The notes beneath the pieces were generated by a model. The model saw nothing but the letters and a program-made list of their open reading frames with translations. It was not told where the DNA came from and searched no databases. The position numbers and the translations under genes are program-made. Below are positions 1-17,312 of a DNA stretch of 64,000 bases, in pieces. This stretch comes from the human T2T-CHM13v2.0 reference genome, Homo sapiens, in assembly GCA_009914755.4 (NCBI GenBank), contig CP068257.2:22464001-22528000 (forward strand), given 5' to 3'. Numbering within the stretch: position 1 is the first letter of the stretch; each line of letters begins with the position of its first letter.

Positions 1-3000
1 CAAGTAAACTATATTTGGAAATTCTTGAGGCCAAGATATATACTCAATATGACTGGGGCCAAGATATATACTCAAACTGTAATGAATTAATAAAATCAAT
101 GACAACAACAAAATTGATCAAAGGAGGGGAGGAAATATTTTGCTAGTGATTTACAATAGCTCACTAATGTCCAAAACTCCTCTGGAAGCATTTTGTACAA
201 GTTTGTCTACATTATTTCTTTAAAAATGCCTAGATTGATTATTTACACCTGACTTATGTGGTTACACAGACTAAGTTTAGGTATGTGGAGAATAAAAAAG
301 AAAAGCAGGCAGTGGAGAAAAGAAAAGTGGGTGAAAATGCCCCTCAGTAAACATGTGAAAAGCTATGTTGGGTATATATCTTGGTGCTTGACAATCCTAG
401 GAGAAAGCATGACCTCTGCCACTGAGAACGGACCCTGAAAGCTTTAACTAGATGTTTTGGATGCGTTTGATATTTGCATGTTTGCAGGTGTTTGCTTTCT
501 CCTGCTAAAGCATGCTATTTGCCTTTATTAAAGTTTTATGTAAGTAATACCTGGAGTCTTGTGAATCCCTTTGACTCTCATGTTTTATAAAACTTCTTCA
601 TCTTACAAAATTCACTTCTTATACTCTATTGTTCTTTTGTATTTTGGAAATATTTTTGGTATTTTGAAGTTATTTGTTGTATAATACAAAAGTATTAATG
701 TAAACACTCGGAAAAGCACAAGATATAACAAATGATCTATGCTCTTGGTTTTCATAGAACCAGATAAGAATAGGACATCAGTGTGATGTATGAAAGAAGG
801 AGTGGTATTGGAAGCTGTCTATCCTGTTTTTGGTAATGAAAGGGTATGTTATGAGGAGAGAAGTTTAAAAAATAATAAAAGTTACTCTTATTTTTATTAT
901 TATTCTTCTTTTTAATACTGTACGTTTTTCTGCTTTTTATTACTCTATAAATAACAATGTTAAATAATGTTTATGATAAATTACTCCTTCCTGTTGGAAT
1001 TGCCCTAACTCCCACATGGCACGCCATTAGATTCTAGTCCAGCCTTTGAAATTTATTTAATTAGTCATGTCACCTTAAGTCATTTTTACTCCCTGGAATC
1101 TCAGTTTCTCTATGTATTGTAGGGAAGACAAAATTTTACCTCTACACTTTTAGGATTTTTCAGCTGGGCCTCAAAATTAAATTAATGTAAGACAAATCAA
1201 CAGGAGAAAAGCATAGAAATGTATTTAATATAAGTTTTACATGACATGGGAGCCCTTGTAAGGAAATGGAAGACCAAAGGAAACAGAGTCAAACACTTAC
1301 ATTCTCAATTAGAAAAAGAAGATACATTGTGAAAATTTGATAAGACAAAGGGCTTGGTCCAGGATACGTAACTGGGGAGAGAAGTGCCTGGGAAGATATG
1401 GGTTGTTGGCACAGATTTCCCTTAGTCTCAACTTCTCATTCTTGATGTTAAGAATGTTACTTTCCTCGTTGTATAGGGAGGGCAACTTTCAAATAGGAAT
1501 GTCATCTAGCTGCTTTTAAGAAACAGAATGAAGGTCAAAGTGAGCTTTCTGCACCTGCTATTTTTCAAGTTTCTTTGCTTCAAAATAATTCTTATGCTGA
1601 AGTGACTTATTTGAGGGTGGTGTGTTCTGAACTCCTGCAGCATGAAATTAGGAAGTTGAAACAAGAAGATGTTGAGGACTCTTCATACTCAAGCATACTA
1701 AAATTGTGTTACAAACCTCAAGTATGTCCAACAGATGCAACAGAATGCTGGAAAAAGTATTTTATTCATGACTGCATATCAATGTTGTATTACTAAATAA
1801 CTTAATAACCTAAGGTCTACACTTTGAAGGTGTTAATATTTTCAAGCCACATTTAAAATAAATAAAAACGCAAGTTACATAAAAAAATGAGTCCTCAATT
1901 TTAGGGGTTGAGTTCTGTGCTGAGTGATGAGGGACCCCATGATGTATAACAGACAACCACTATGTTATCTGTCCATATTGTTGACAGAGATAAAAGTCCA
2001 TCTTCCATGTGCATTTTAATATAAAAGTGATAAGCATAGAAAATGTCAAGTTAAATATAACACTGGTATTTAATTATGTGAAAGTTTTATTTCCTGTTGA
2101 CTTTAGCCAGGTAGAAAATAATGGTACAAATTGGAGGGAATTTTTAAATATGAATCTGGAAAATTTTACTTAGAATATTCATTTTTATGTGCTATACAAA
2201 AGTTGCCTTTAATTATAGATGTACTTATCTTTTGCTTTAGAGTTTTAAATATTGGCTCATTTAGCTTGTTTGGTTTTCTTGATATAAATATATAAACCAG
2301 AGCATATCAACAAATTCTGCAGGATCTCTCCTATACACAGGTTAACAGATTTTGTTTTGTAAAACTCGTTTTGAGAATCTTGTACAAAAATTTCCGAGTG
2401 TTTTATTGTTCCAAATTTACCAGAGACTAAATGTTCAAAAGTAAGTGATAAACAATTAAACCTGTGTTTTCTTTTTATCCATTGATTTAAAAAAACAAAT
2501 TGCTTTTTGAATTATTTTAGACAGAATTATCATTGCTTTTTTAAATAATGTTAAAATCCAGTTTGATGGCTTATACAGCATTTCTATTAATATGAGTATA
2601 ATAGAAAATCATTTTTAATACAGCAGAAAAAAAAGTCAGTTAAGACATTTCCTGTGACAAATGGAGAATAACTCCAGTTTGATATTTGTAGTCAATTTCA
2701 AACATCTACATAACTTTTCATTTGTTTCTTATTTTTTGAGGTATTTGTATTCAATTCAGTTTCTAATATGTCTTTCTATAAAACCTAACAGCACTGAAAT
2801 AAGTTTTCCATTAGAAAATTATTTAAAGATGGAAATCTTAAAAGAAAGTCAACTTTCTCTCTTCACCCTTAGCTTATCAACTCTTTTTGGTAGTGACGTG
2901 AATTTAATTATATTATTAGGAGGTTATGTGTTGAGATTTTTGTCTATTATTTGTCTTAATCATTAAATAGTCTTCTTGGTGTCAGATTTTTCGCCAAGTA

Positions 3001-6000
3001 TCAGAACTATTTCTGTAAGAAAAAAAATTACGATTAGAGGCATTTAAGGGTTGGAATTAAGTTTCAGAGATTTTATCACCTTTGAATCACAAAGCACAGG
3101 AATTTAATAAAAAATGCTTTGTTCTAATGTGAATGGAATTTTAAGTAATTCATCACTGAGTGAAAATAAATTTCTTTCTTTTTTTCTTTTTGATGATAGT
3201 AAACCAGTACTCAAACATCCCCATATAGCTGTTTAATATATTTCAGAGATTTAAAAAAACTCTCCTACCTGAGAAATTTTTCCTATGTCTCTAACATAGA
3301 CATAAATGCTTCATTTAGATGGAATTATCTTTTTTTCTTCAAAGAAATGAATTTTATATTAATACCACTTACATGTTACTGACAGGTCTGTAGTAGTTTT
3401 ATCTTTCACTAATTCAGGTTCTTTAAGCATTTCTCCATATACCTTCGCTAGAACCTTGTCCCAATTTTCGCTGATCAATTTACTCATGATTCCGGGTCAA
3501 CACTAAGTAATTAAGAAATTAACTAACTATTTTGTATTTAAAAGCAAATCTATTTTTTAATAGGATTTTTTTCCCGTTAAATTGGTTTTCATTTGATAAA
3601 ATATTCACCTTACCAACACTTCTCTCTTTTATATGTGTTTTTTTTTTTTTTACTTTGAGGTAATAGCCTAATTATTATGTAATAATTTTAAGTATTTTTA
3701 TGTCAATACCATGAGGGGGAACCTGTGATGAGTTATATCAAAATGTTAGTAAAATAAGTTTATGTTTATGTATAAAAGGACTACAAATGTAAACAATAAT
3801 TTTATTAGGTATAAAAATGTAGATTTTATCTGTTGGGAAAGAATAAGAGAAAATATCTGTATACTTTAACGTTAGCATCCTAATGCTTAAAGCTTGGAAT
3901 CATTTGGGGAGCCTGTGCTGAACACACTTTCAGAATATAAAACCGTAATTTTAACACATTCATATTTGAAATTGAGCCAGCACCTCTGATTCTGTTATTT
4001 TTTTGCAAATTAGTGTGCTTATATCTTAGCAGTTGAGACATGCACATTTCTTATTCACTTCTAGTATGAGGATTAGAGCAAATTCTAGTTGAAAATTTCA
4101 CATAATGACAACTATAAGAACTAATTATCTAATACGCTTTTTTTTTTCTTGCCAGTTAAAGCCTGGGCCATTATGTTATCTGATGGGTACTTTAATTAGA
4201 GGCAGACTTATTAATAAAATTTAATGGCTATCATATAGGCAGGCCATAAAAAGCTAGCTATTATTGAAAATAAGACATTCAGCATTACAAATACTAAGAC
4301 TAATTTTATTCTAATGCTGTGTTTCTTGTTTTTGATATTCTTTACAATTGGCCTAAAACTTTTATCAACAAAATAGAGACTTAGAAAATACATTACTTGT
4401 AATGTCACCAAAAATCTGCAAAAACGAACTTTCCACCTTTGAACCAGACACATCTTTAACATTACCATAAAAATATAGAGAAGAAAATTATTCCCAATCT
4501 GAAACCAACTTCATTAATACAATAGCATCAAACCTAAGATAACAACTGAGAGATTAGCTCTGCTAACCTTTCAATGTTCAAAAAACTTCAGTTTAAGCAG
4601 AAACCTACCTATTTATTTTCAATATTTCCTACATGTTATGCTTCCTAACTCAACTTCTAAATCAAAGTTGTAACAGGCATATAACATCGGGTTTAAAAAC
4701 ATAAGCACATTTAATTGAAATTAGACTATATGATTGAGTAGAGGTATTTGTAAATGCTTTGCTACTTCTCCAGTTGAGAGGTAGAGACAATATTCTCACC
4801 CTTGGATTTGGGCTGGTCTTAGAGAGTTGTTAGCCCAAAACAATGCAATAGATGACCAGGCCTTTTAAGAACTTCCAAGCTAGAACTTAAAGGACTTTGC
4901 AACTTGGGCCTGGGCTCTCTGAAACATTTTCTTTAGAAGCCCCTAACTGCAATGTATAAATTCTAATTAAGCCATGACTCCCAAATGAGTCTAGCCTGCT
5001 AGCCATACCACAGCCTGAGAGTAAACCTGTCTTGGACCATCTAACCCAGCCCATAGGCCAAGTGAATACTGCTTTGTGAATTGCTGTTGGAACCATGTAA
5101 AAATAAACAACAAAAAATCCCCCTAGTTTAGCCCTTCCTGAATTCCTGATCCATAGAATCATAAAATAGAATGAATATGTTATTCTTCAATTCCTCTGAG
5201 GCTTGGAGGTAATTAAGTAGAACAAGCCACTTCCTTTTTGGGAGGGTGGGAGTGGATTCAGGTTATACAGCTTTAGAGTAGTTCACAGAAATACTTTTAT
5301 ATATCACAGCTTTCTCATATTCACAGACAGTTCTAATCACTTTACTGAAATTACACCCCTGTCACAGATCTAACAGATACTGCTTGATTAGGATGAGATC
5401 TGGTAGGTTAAAATGTGCCTCAGAAAATAGGTGATGAAAATGTGTGATAAGGATTTTAAAAAATTACACTTAATTCAGAATTACAAAAAGGCAGAATTTT
5501 CACATAAACTAATTCCATCCAATTTTTAGATTACAAAGAATGTATACATATTTTGTGTCTAAATACATACAGATACATATGCATATTTTGTAAAATAGAA
5601 CATTTATATCAAAACTAACTTCACACATTTGAATTATGTGTCAAACAATTGAATTATTGTTGTGACACACACAATCATACATACACATTTTGTATGTGTA
5701 GTATGTGCATGTGTGATGTGTGGCTTGTATGTATCATAATAATTTGATGGATTTGTTATACTTGAACACGTATAAAGGTTAGTTTTGATACAAATCTTCT
5801 CTCTTACACATACATACTTTCAATTAGTTACTAAGGTTTTTTCTAAGCTGATGTGGATCTTTCTATCCTGGCCTTTATCCATGTCAGTTTCTAGAACTAT
5901 TCTGCCAACTCAAGCCTCTGTCCCTTTGCAAATACTTGTCCCTCAGTTTAGGGACATAGTTTTCTTCATCATGCTGTGCAACTATACATAGTTTTCTTCA

Positions 6001-6953
6001 TCATTCTGTGCAACAGTTGTTTTCAAAAGGTTTCTAAAGTACATTAACTTAAATAAATTAAGAAAAGTTTAATTTATTTGATATTGGCTATGTATATTGA
6101 TGCTACTTAGCATTTTTGTGTATAGGGAAGACTATGCAGCTAGTAATTTTGTCTAACTTATATTTATTAAATTTCTTATCGGTCTCCTCCCATCGGGCCC
6201 CTCCTCCAACACTGAGGATTACAATTCAACACGAAATTTCAGTGAGGACACAGAGCCAAACCATAACAGTCTGCTTGTTTTTCCATTACGAAACCCTGTC
6301 CAAGATTGGTGAGTTTCATGTGTCAGCAATATAGTATTATTTTTCCAGCCTGCTCTTCAATTGAAGGAGTCGTACTCAGAGAATGTTAGCTCTATGAAGA
6401 TTATGCTTTTGCTATAGTTTACTAATTTAAGTTAGTCTCACTTCAATTAGTTTTGAAAATATTTAATTACATATGTTCATTGAAAAATGTTTATAAACCG
6501 TTATATATTATTTATACATCTACTTATAAAGGCTGATGTTGCTGGAACCATCCTCCCCTTCCCTAAAGAAAAATAATACACATCAGCTGTCACTTGATTA
6601 AAATGAAACTTAGGATAAATCCAAAACAAAAATGTATTTAAAAGATAATTTTGTTTTTCAAAAACCTTGTTAATTAATTGCTTCCAACTTTTGTGTGCTA
6701 GCTCTGCCCGTGGGTTCTATATTTATAAAGTTTCCAGGCTCAGCTGAAGCCCTTTACCACTATTTTGACAATTGATGGTGCAAAACTAAATTTTCAAAAT
6801 ATTGTCAATTGTCTATAATTCAGAAATCAAAAATTACATCTAAGTATAAAAACAGGCATTCTGATATTTTTGAGTGTATCAACATAGCTATAACTTTTTC
6901 TGAGTTGAGTTTACATTATATATTCTTCACTCTATCATCTTACTTTTTTAAAA

Positions 6954-7122
6954 AATTTTTTTGAGACAGAGTTTTGCTCTGTCACCCAGGCTGTAGTGCA
7001 ATGGCATAGTCTTGGCTCACTGCAACCTCTGCCTCTGGGTTCAAGTGATTCTCCTGCCTCAGCCTCCTGAGTAGCTGGGATTACAGGCACTCACCACCAC
7101 ACCTGGCTAATTTTTGTATTTT
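6954..7122 (-). mobile_element. Alu fragment (right-arm half, 5'-truncated, reverse orientation)
   Basis: Poly-T followed by 'gagacagagttttgctctgtcacccaggctg...gcctcagcctcctgagtagctgggattacaggc...ggctaatttttgtatttt', the reverse complement of the Alu 3' half. The match stops at the mid-A-rich linker. Confidence 0.9.
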
Positions 7123-7632
7123 CATAACCAAGCATTTTTTTATATCTAGTTATTTATCTAACAGTAAAACAAGATTTTGGAATTAGAGAAAAGGCTCACA
7201 GAGCAAGTTTAGCACCAGTTCCCATACCGTGGTTCCCCACGTGGTGAAAGATAGGACTTGATGCCATTTGTGTGTGCAGTAGGGTGGCAATATAGGAAAA
7301 AATTCTCTAAGTTATGAAATTTGGAGCTTTTGTAGCATGACAGGTGCATTTTTTGAAGAGAGAGAGAAATCCTTTCTCTGGAGTGAAAAACATGAAATCC
7401 TCTTTGGGGAAAGGAAGGGAATATCTCTAAGTTTTTATTTTCATTTGAAATACAAGCAAATGTCTCCAGGGTAGAAAAGCTCCATAAAAATACACCGTCT
7501 CTAAATTCCAAGGCTTGTTTTTCGTTAAGCCATACTTTAAGCTTGATTGCCATTAATATAATATTTAACCACGAACAAACTTTAAAATGTTCATGGAGAG
7601 TTGTCAGCAAGTCTCCAGAAGAGGGAGCTGGG

Positions 7633-7636
<4 letters not shown>

Positions 7637-7697
<61 letters not shown>
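7637..7697. repeat. (GA)n microsatellite of about 30 units, pure except for one interruption near the 3' end
   Basis: Direct read of 'aaagagagagagag...gagagaggagagagagaatg'. Confidence 0.97.
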
Positions 7698-7699
7698 AT

Positions 7700-9987
<2,288 letters not shown>

Positions 9988-9999
9988 AGAGAATTGACA

Positions 10000-10560
10000 A
10001 TCAGTTTAAAGCATAAGAATTAAATAGACACCATTTTTAAAATATCAAGCTAATTGTCAAATAGAACTTCTAGAAATATAATTTGTGATCATTGCAATTT
10101 TTTAAATGGATGCATTAAATAGCATATTAGAGACAGGTGAAAAAAATAAACCAAAGGGTAGAATAAAAGTAAGTATGCTAAAATCAGAACAGATGAATAA
10201 AATACAGAAAAAAATTAAGTGAAATATAAGTTAACAGACTGTAAATGGCACTCTCTGATTAGCTCTAACAAAATCCAAAAGAAGAGAATTGGGAGAATGA
10301 GGGAGAAGTAGTTTCAGAAAGATAATAATTGAAAAAAAATTCCGAATTGGTAAAAGACATGGATCCTTACAATCCAGAAGCATAATTATTTTAAGCAGAA
10401 TAAACCTGAAAAGGATGTCAGGGAAAATCTCAAAACACTTAGGCAAAAAAAGTAGATTTTAAATACAACAGAGAGAAAACACTGATTACCTTCAAAGGAG
10501 TAAAAATGAAACTGGTAACAGTTTCACAACTATAACAATAGGAGCCAGTGAAATAGTCTA
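10000..10560 (+). mobile_element. Possible ancient LINE-derived fragment (very diverged)
   Basis: A-rich sequence with a weak L1-like word pattern ('aaaagacatggatccttacaatccagaagc', 'aaacctgaaaaggatgtcagggaaaatctc'). I cannot align it confidently from memory. Confidence 0.25.
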
Positions 10561-13145
10561 ATAGCCAGTGAAATCATTATTATAAGGAAAAATAACCTAA
10601 TTTATATGTTTTCTTAGATGTACTCTAAATTTAAAACATATGAAATAGCTATTTTGTTTTGTTCTATGGACACATAAGAGGTACTAATGAAAAGTTATTA
10701 GAATCTCTTATGGGTCCATAGAACATACGCACACAAAAATTTGCAAAAACTTTAAATTTGTATATTTCAAGAGCCTGTTTCTTGCTCTAGACGTGCACTC
10801 TGCGATTCAAGCTACTTTCGGGAAATGAGTGAGTAATTATCCTACTTTTTTTAGATTTCTTGTAATATATAGTTTATAGTGCCTTTCTTAAGAAAATCAA
10901 TGGTATTGATTTTGTTAAAGGCATCGTCACTTACTACACACACGTGCTAAGACAATTTACATACAATATTGTTTATCCTTTTTACAGATGGTTCATAGGC
11001 ATTCCAAACATCCACTAACTCAAGTAAATAATGTTTGCATTAGATTCATACGTAGACATGAAGAAACCTTTTTATAAGGCATAATATCTTGGTTGGGGGA
11101 GGAGTGGAATGGATGATAGATTTACTGTCCAGTTACTAGTAATGCTTTTTGACGTTTCAAAATATGTTTCTAAAGAAATTTGTACAGAACAGTGATTCTT
11201 TAACTTTAGAGTTCACATACAACTCAGTATGGCAAAGGATGTGTTAATTATCTATAAAACCTCTTCTTTCTAGCTATTGAACATTTTGGTACATGTAATA
11301 TTTATTTTTTTAAGTGAAATGATCTTTGCTTCAATCTCTTCACCCAAAATTGACTATATGGTGAGAGTTACATAACTGTTGATGACGTTGGCCATGTGAT
11401 TAGATTGCCTGCCTGATTTGAATTTTAGTTTCACCACTGTCTTGCTTTTGGACAAAGATAGACAGTCCCTAGATAGACATTTTTCTCTATAAATATTTAG
11501 CCTCATTTTTTTCCCATACCTAACTACAGAATAAGAATAGTAGAAACCTCTTAGGTTTGTTGTCAGCATTAAAGATTAAATTAATTTTCATCATTTAATT
11601 AAGTTACTAAACTATTCAAGAACTATTAACAATCATTATTATTGTTCTAAATGGTTGACCACTGGTGTTCTGTCTCATTTAGAAGAGCTCAGCTACTTCA
11701 AAACAGAATTAGTGCTAGCTGAGTGAATTTTACAGGCAACATTATTTGACTAAATCAAGGGTGTATTTATTTATATTACTTACGTATAAACATCTCAATT
11801 CTGTACTTTATATAAGTGAATATATGACTTAGAAAAATACTCATGAATGTATTTTGAAAACACATTTAGATATTAAACTAGTAATCTTAAACATATACAT
11901 CTTTGATTGAAAGACATGTGTTTTGATCTGCATGTATTCACAATTTGTGTTAAATTTCAAACCAAAAATTTCTTGTGTTGTTTTTATTTTGCTTTGAAAA
12001 TATTTTTTACCAAAATTAAAATGTTATAACTAAGGGTAGTCCTAGTAAATTAAAACTTTGCAAATCTAATAATACAGAGAGCTAGGCTAAAAGAAACTTT
12101 GAGCAAAATGTCAGTTTTGAATAGAAATTATACGTCTGCTGGCAACATCCCCGCGTATTCCAAAACCAAGAGACAAAATCATATAGAATTCTGTTCACTT
12201 TAAAAATAGTATTTTCTCACTAAAAAGGGAAAATTGGTTTGTGCAAATTACTTCTAATATGATATAATTTTATACATCAGACAAATAAATGCAGTACAAA
12301 TTTAATGTTAATTTATATAGTCAATTTTTAAAATATTGAAAAATAATGAATATTTCATAAATGTATGGAGATTTAATCTACAGAATGATTAAAATGTTTA
12401 TAGTTTTTCAGTTTCAAAGATGGATAAAAATATGACAGGAAATAAAAAATAAATAATAGAGATCATCTCGCTGCTCAAACCTCATTTCAAGATATTTCAG
12501 GTTTTAACATAAAAACAATTTATGCTATAATGTTGCCTACAGAAAGTAGTTAACTGCTGTGAAGAATGTTTGCAGGTCACATTTCAGGAAATATATTTAA
12601 AGGCTTATTCACCAAAGTAATTTTAAATCATGGTCAACATATTTTACTACATTCAATATGAAACATAATTTAACTTGTTCTAGATCATTAAATATCATTA
12701 CTATAACTATTTATTTTTGCAGTTTCCTTTTTTCTAAACCTTGACCAGTGATTCTCAACTAATTCTGAAGACAATTGCCTTTATATTCATTCTTGCTGTC
12801 AATTTATGAATAGTTTTATTGAATGTTCCTTTGTCATTATCTTAGGAGACAAGTGATTACATCTCTTACTGACTATATTATCTTTGGCAGGTTAATTATC
12901 CCTTCTGCATTAGAGAGGCAAACTTTATATATGCATGCATGCATGCATGTTTATATGCTGAGTAGTATAAATTACTTACTACTTGACAATCTTTATTCAA
13001 ACATTCCATACTACTTATCTAATTCCACAAATATTTTAAAAAATATTTTGAGCCAGGAACTATTTTAGATGCTGAGGAGTTATCGGTGAGCAGCTACACT
13101 TTTGAACTCATCCAGTATACATTTTAATGGGAGAGGTTTTGGCCT

Positions 13146-13208
13146 TGTGTGTGTGTCTGTGTGTGTGTGTGTCTGTGTGTGCGTGCCTCTGTGTGTGTGT
13201 GTGTGTGT
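13146..13208. repeat. (TG)n microsatellite with TC/GC interruptions
   Basis: Direct read of 'tgtgtgtgtctgtgtgtgtgtgtgtctgtgtgtgcgtgcctctgtgtgtgtgtgtgtgtgt'. Confidence 0.95.
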
Positions 13209-15460
13209 CTCTTACGTAGTAATTAGAACTGAAAAATAAAGCAAAAGACAACGGATGGAGAGTGGCACCATTTTAGAAAGGGTGATAAAAGATAAGCACA
13301 CTTAGGAGGTGGCATTGGAGCAGAGATTTGAATGAAGTGAGTGAATCACATGCATAACAAGGGAAGTAGTCAGAATTGAGTTAGCTGCTAGCCTGATTGA
13401 AGGGGTATACACACCGAGGTGGAGAGGAAGGAGGTAGGACCAGAGAAATAACCATGGCTGGTGTCACAGAGGTTTCTGTAGACCATGAAAAGAATTTTGG
13501 GGTTTTCCTAAATTTGATAGGAATCTAGAGTGAGTTTCATTAGAAATATTATTAGGGACGCATTGGATTTAATTTATGGTAATTTTCAAGTATTGTGGTT
13601 ACTGAAAGCAGTCCTACGACAAGGGTAAAGAAGTTACCAAACACCCCTTTATCACATTAAACAAAATCCACTTGCTGAAATTTAAACTTACTTCCTTTCA
13701 TTCTAGATTCAGTCAGTTGGAAAACACTTTTTTAGCATCTTGGTCTTCTGTATATAAAGGGTGCTTTTTACTTGAAGGGTTGCAAAGCTTTTTCCTTTTT
13801 TTTCCTATTTGATTTCATCCCTTTCTATGCTTTCTTTGATTTAATTTGAGAGGGAGAAAATGTTTGGTGCTAATTAATTCAATTTTGGGTGTGTGGTTTT
13901 ATTTTGTTTTAGAGCATAGCTTTTATTCTTCTACATGGAAATAACTATGATAACAATCAAGCATCCCTCATCATCCTGTGGGATAATCTTACTGAAAATT
14001 TGAATGTCGCTTTGAAGGTAAATTATGATTTTTCATGACTAGAATCCTTGCTAGAACAACCGTGGGGATTTATAGAACTTGCTTTATAGAGATAGTGCCA
14101 TACTCTCTTTTCCAGAAATATAACATTTATACTCACAAGCAAACAAGTATATTACAAGAAATGCAAGTTTTTTGTTTGTTTATTGCTATATCAATTTTTC
14201 CTATAAAAAGACATTAGATTTTTCTTTCTTTAATTATTTATTAAGTGTTTGTGATGTTCCACTGTTCTAAGTGCTGGAGAAACAGTAAAAAAACAAAAAC
14301 AAAACGGGAAAGCCCCTTCTTTTATAGAGATTATATAATTTATACATTTCAAAATACACTGAAACTTTTTTCGGTGAGGAGTGTATATAACACATTTCTG
14401 AAAATACTACCATCCTCTCAATTCATTCATAAATTGAACTAATGAACATGAATCTCATTAGTCATCCGCCAATAATAGTATCAGCTAGAACATGTATTGT
14501 ATTCTGAAAACGTAAAAAGTTTTTACAAAATATGCCTCTCTCTCAAAAATTGATGATCTACAATAAAGCTAAAAATTTGCTATTCTATGTAAGAAAATTC
14601 AACAGTATCAAGATTTCTGTAATACCCACGAGTCTTGATTTACTATATGTGATGGTCTGTTCAATTGGCTAAGATAAAGAAAGCACCTTAGCAAATTCCA
14701 GAACTTTATGAAGAAGAGCAGCTCACTCTGTTTTGTAGAAGAGAGCCAACACTTGATGTTCTCAATCAATGGGAAAGGGATATGAAAACAGGTCACATAT
14801 GCTTCTGTCCTTAACAGGTGGTTAGTACCATTCGGCATTTTCATAGGCTTAATACACATTTCCCTTATCCAGATACTGACAGAAATTATTATAAGTAGTT
14901 CTGGGGAGGGCAATTAGAAACCAAAATTTATTCCACTTGGCATTTATTAATCTTTACTAAACTCAAATGAATCTCTATAAAATGATTATAATTTCTAATT
15001 CATAATTTCTGTCAAATTGCATAATGTAAGGGCTTCCTCAAAATTCTATTAAAAGCTATATACCACTTCAACTTGTGCATTTTTTTATTGTAAACTGGCC
15101 TTTAAAAATATATTTTTTTCATCTTTTGCAACTTAAAGCTAAAAATCAGAAAGTTCCAGTTCAAGAGGTATAAAATGCACTCTTATTTCTAATATATAGT
15201 CATTGCTAGCCCTTAAAACTTGAATTTGTAATTATTGTTCAGTGGGGGCTTTAGAGTTTAAGATTCTAAAGATTTTTCACTTCAGGATGGATTCTAGTGG
15301 AAGATCTCAGGTAAGAATCTTATATATTTATAAGAAAAAATGTAATAAGCCAAAATGCATTTTTGACCATTTGATTTTAGTTATTAAGACAATGTATTTC
15401 CAGTGTGATTTTTGTCAAGAAAATGTATAAATATTCAGGGTAGTAATTTAAGATGCATAA

Positions 15461-15685
<225 letters not shown>

Positions 15686-16776
15686 TGATAGATATACTTT
15701 GCTTGTTAAAGTATTATCAAAATAAATATATTTAAAAGTGTTTATTTGAATTTAATTATTCCTTGTGAACATTTAAAGATCAATGAAAGTAGTATAAATT
15801 GTTATTAAGCAAAGAAATAAAAAATATTGAAAACAAACACTCTCAAATGTGCACAAAGAGAGAAATTTTTCCTTTTCCAAAATTATATGAAAATAAAAAA
15901 GTCTTCATTAAGAACAGATGAACATATTTTTAGGTAGCTATAGGAAAGAATAATTTTTCTAAGCAAACTTTTACGTGAGTTCTAAGATTTCCAATGATAT
16001 AAGAATTATCCTTCTGCAACCAGAGGTGGTACCAGAATCCAGCTTAGACATTTATCGTATCTTCAGGATCTCTCTGTGACTTTGGTATTTTACAGTAGAG
16101 TATACACGTGCAAGAACAGGACCTGTTTATTACATGTTATTTGAAAATGTGTTCAGAGTAATCCTGAATGAGTTGCTTGAAATACACTGATTTAGTTTTT
16201 TTTTTTTTTTTAACTTTTGTTTTATGTGTTTTAATTTTAAGTGACGATTTAGTTTGGCCAGAATGAAATGCAGGAGAATGTGTCTAGAACGGGAAACATA
16301 AAAATTAAAATGTTCAACTTTCTCAATCACATAATCTGAATTGGCTTTGAATGTCTGAGTACGTATTTTTAACTTCGGTGACCATGTACCTCTGAGAGCT
16401 AAATTGGAGAATTCTTGAATGTTATTTATCAAATAATTTTAGAAATCCACATAGATCATGAGCATACATTTATGTTGTTGTTTGCTATGCACTCAGAATC
16501 ATGGTATTATGTGAAGTAGTATGTATAACTACTATATCCCTTTATAGCTTATAATTAAATTTAAAAAGCATATGTAACATTCTTATTTTATATAATTAAT
16601 GTTACTTTTTTGTTATTAAATATTTTTCATAGCCTTTAGAAAAGAAAATGTATACTCAATTCATCTAATTTTGCATATATCTTTTTAAAAACAATAGATG
16701 TGTGTTTTGGTTTTATGGACAGCCACAGTGGTGTGATTGATAGAAAGTTATTGTCAGACAAAAGCACGTCCATACC

Positions 16777-17312
16777 TGTGATAGTTAATATTGAGTGTCA
16801 ACTTGACTGGATTGAAGGATGCAAAGTTAAGGTGTTGCCAAAGGAGATTAACATTTGAGTCAGTGAACTGGGAGAGGCAGATCCACCCTCGATCTGAGTG
16901 GGCACCATCTAATCAGCAGGCAGCACGGCTAGGATAAAAGCAGGCAGGGGAAAGTGGAAGGGGTAGACTGGCTAAGCCTTCTGGCCTCCATCTTTCTCCC
17001 GTGCTGGATGCTTCCTGCCTTTGAACATTGGACTTCAAGTTCTTCAGCTTTTGGACTCTTGGACTTAAACCAGTGGTTTGCCAGAGGCTCTCCGGCCTTC
17101 CGCCACAGACTGAAGGCTGAAGTGTCGGCTTCCCTACTTTTGAGGCTTTGGGACTTGGACTGGCTTCCTTGCTCCTCAGCTTGCAGACGGCCTATTGTGG
17201 GACTTCACCTTGTGATCATGTGAGTCAATACTCCTTAATAAACTCCTTTCATATATACACCTGCCCTATTAGTCCTGTCCCTCTAGAGACCCTGACTAAT
17301 AGAATACCTAAA
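16777..17312 (+). mobile_element. MaLR LTR, MLT1-type (ERVL-MaLR), essentially full length
   Basis: Begins 'tgtgatagttaat...' and contains 'tgagtgggcaccatctaatcagcaggcagcacggctaggataaaagcaggcagg', 'cttctggcctccatctttctcccgtgctggatgcttcctgcctttgaacattggacttcaagttcttcagcttttggactcttggacttaaaccagtggtttgcc' and 'cttgcagacggcctattgtgggacttcaccttgtgatcatgtgagtcaatactccttaataaactcc...ccctgactaatagaatacc', the canonical MLT1 wording. Confidence 0.75.

Noticed and set aside
21-78. Short direct repeat 'ggccaagatatatactcaa', twice at 28-bp spacing
   Set aside because: It is a two-copy microduplication of under 20 bp. I read it directly but it is too small to interpret, most likely replication slippage.
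4800-5160. Possible solitary LTR, with an 'aataaa' signal and 'tgtaaaaataaacaac' wording
   Set aside because: I cannot match it to a family from memory, there is no clear TG...CA terminus or TSD, and I did not list it as a feature.
7209-7610. 133-aa ORF on the minus strand (a similar one lies at 30029-30430)
   Set aside because: No protein-like motifs and no promoter or CpG signal. The one at 7209-7610 ends inside a (GA)n microsatellite. It is a chance open frame.
13230-13500. GC-richer island ('ggcattggagcagagatttgaatgaagtgagtgaatcacatgcataacaagggaagtagtc...gaggtggagaggaaggaggtaggaccagag') that briefly looked exon-like or like an old interspersed repeat
   Set aside because: It has no open frame of useful length, no splice-site context I can defend, and no confident family match. 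I left it unannotated.
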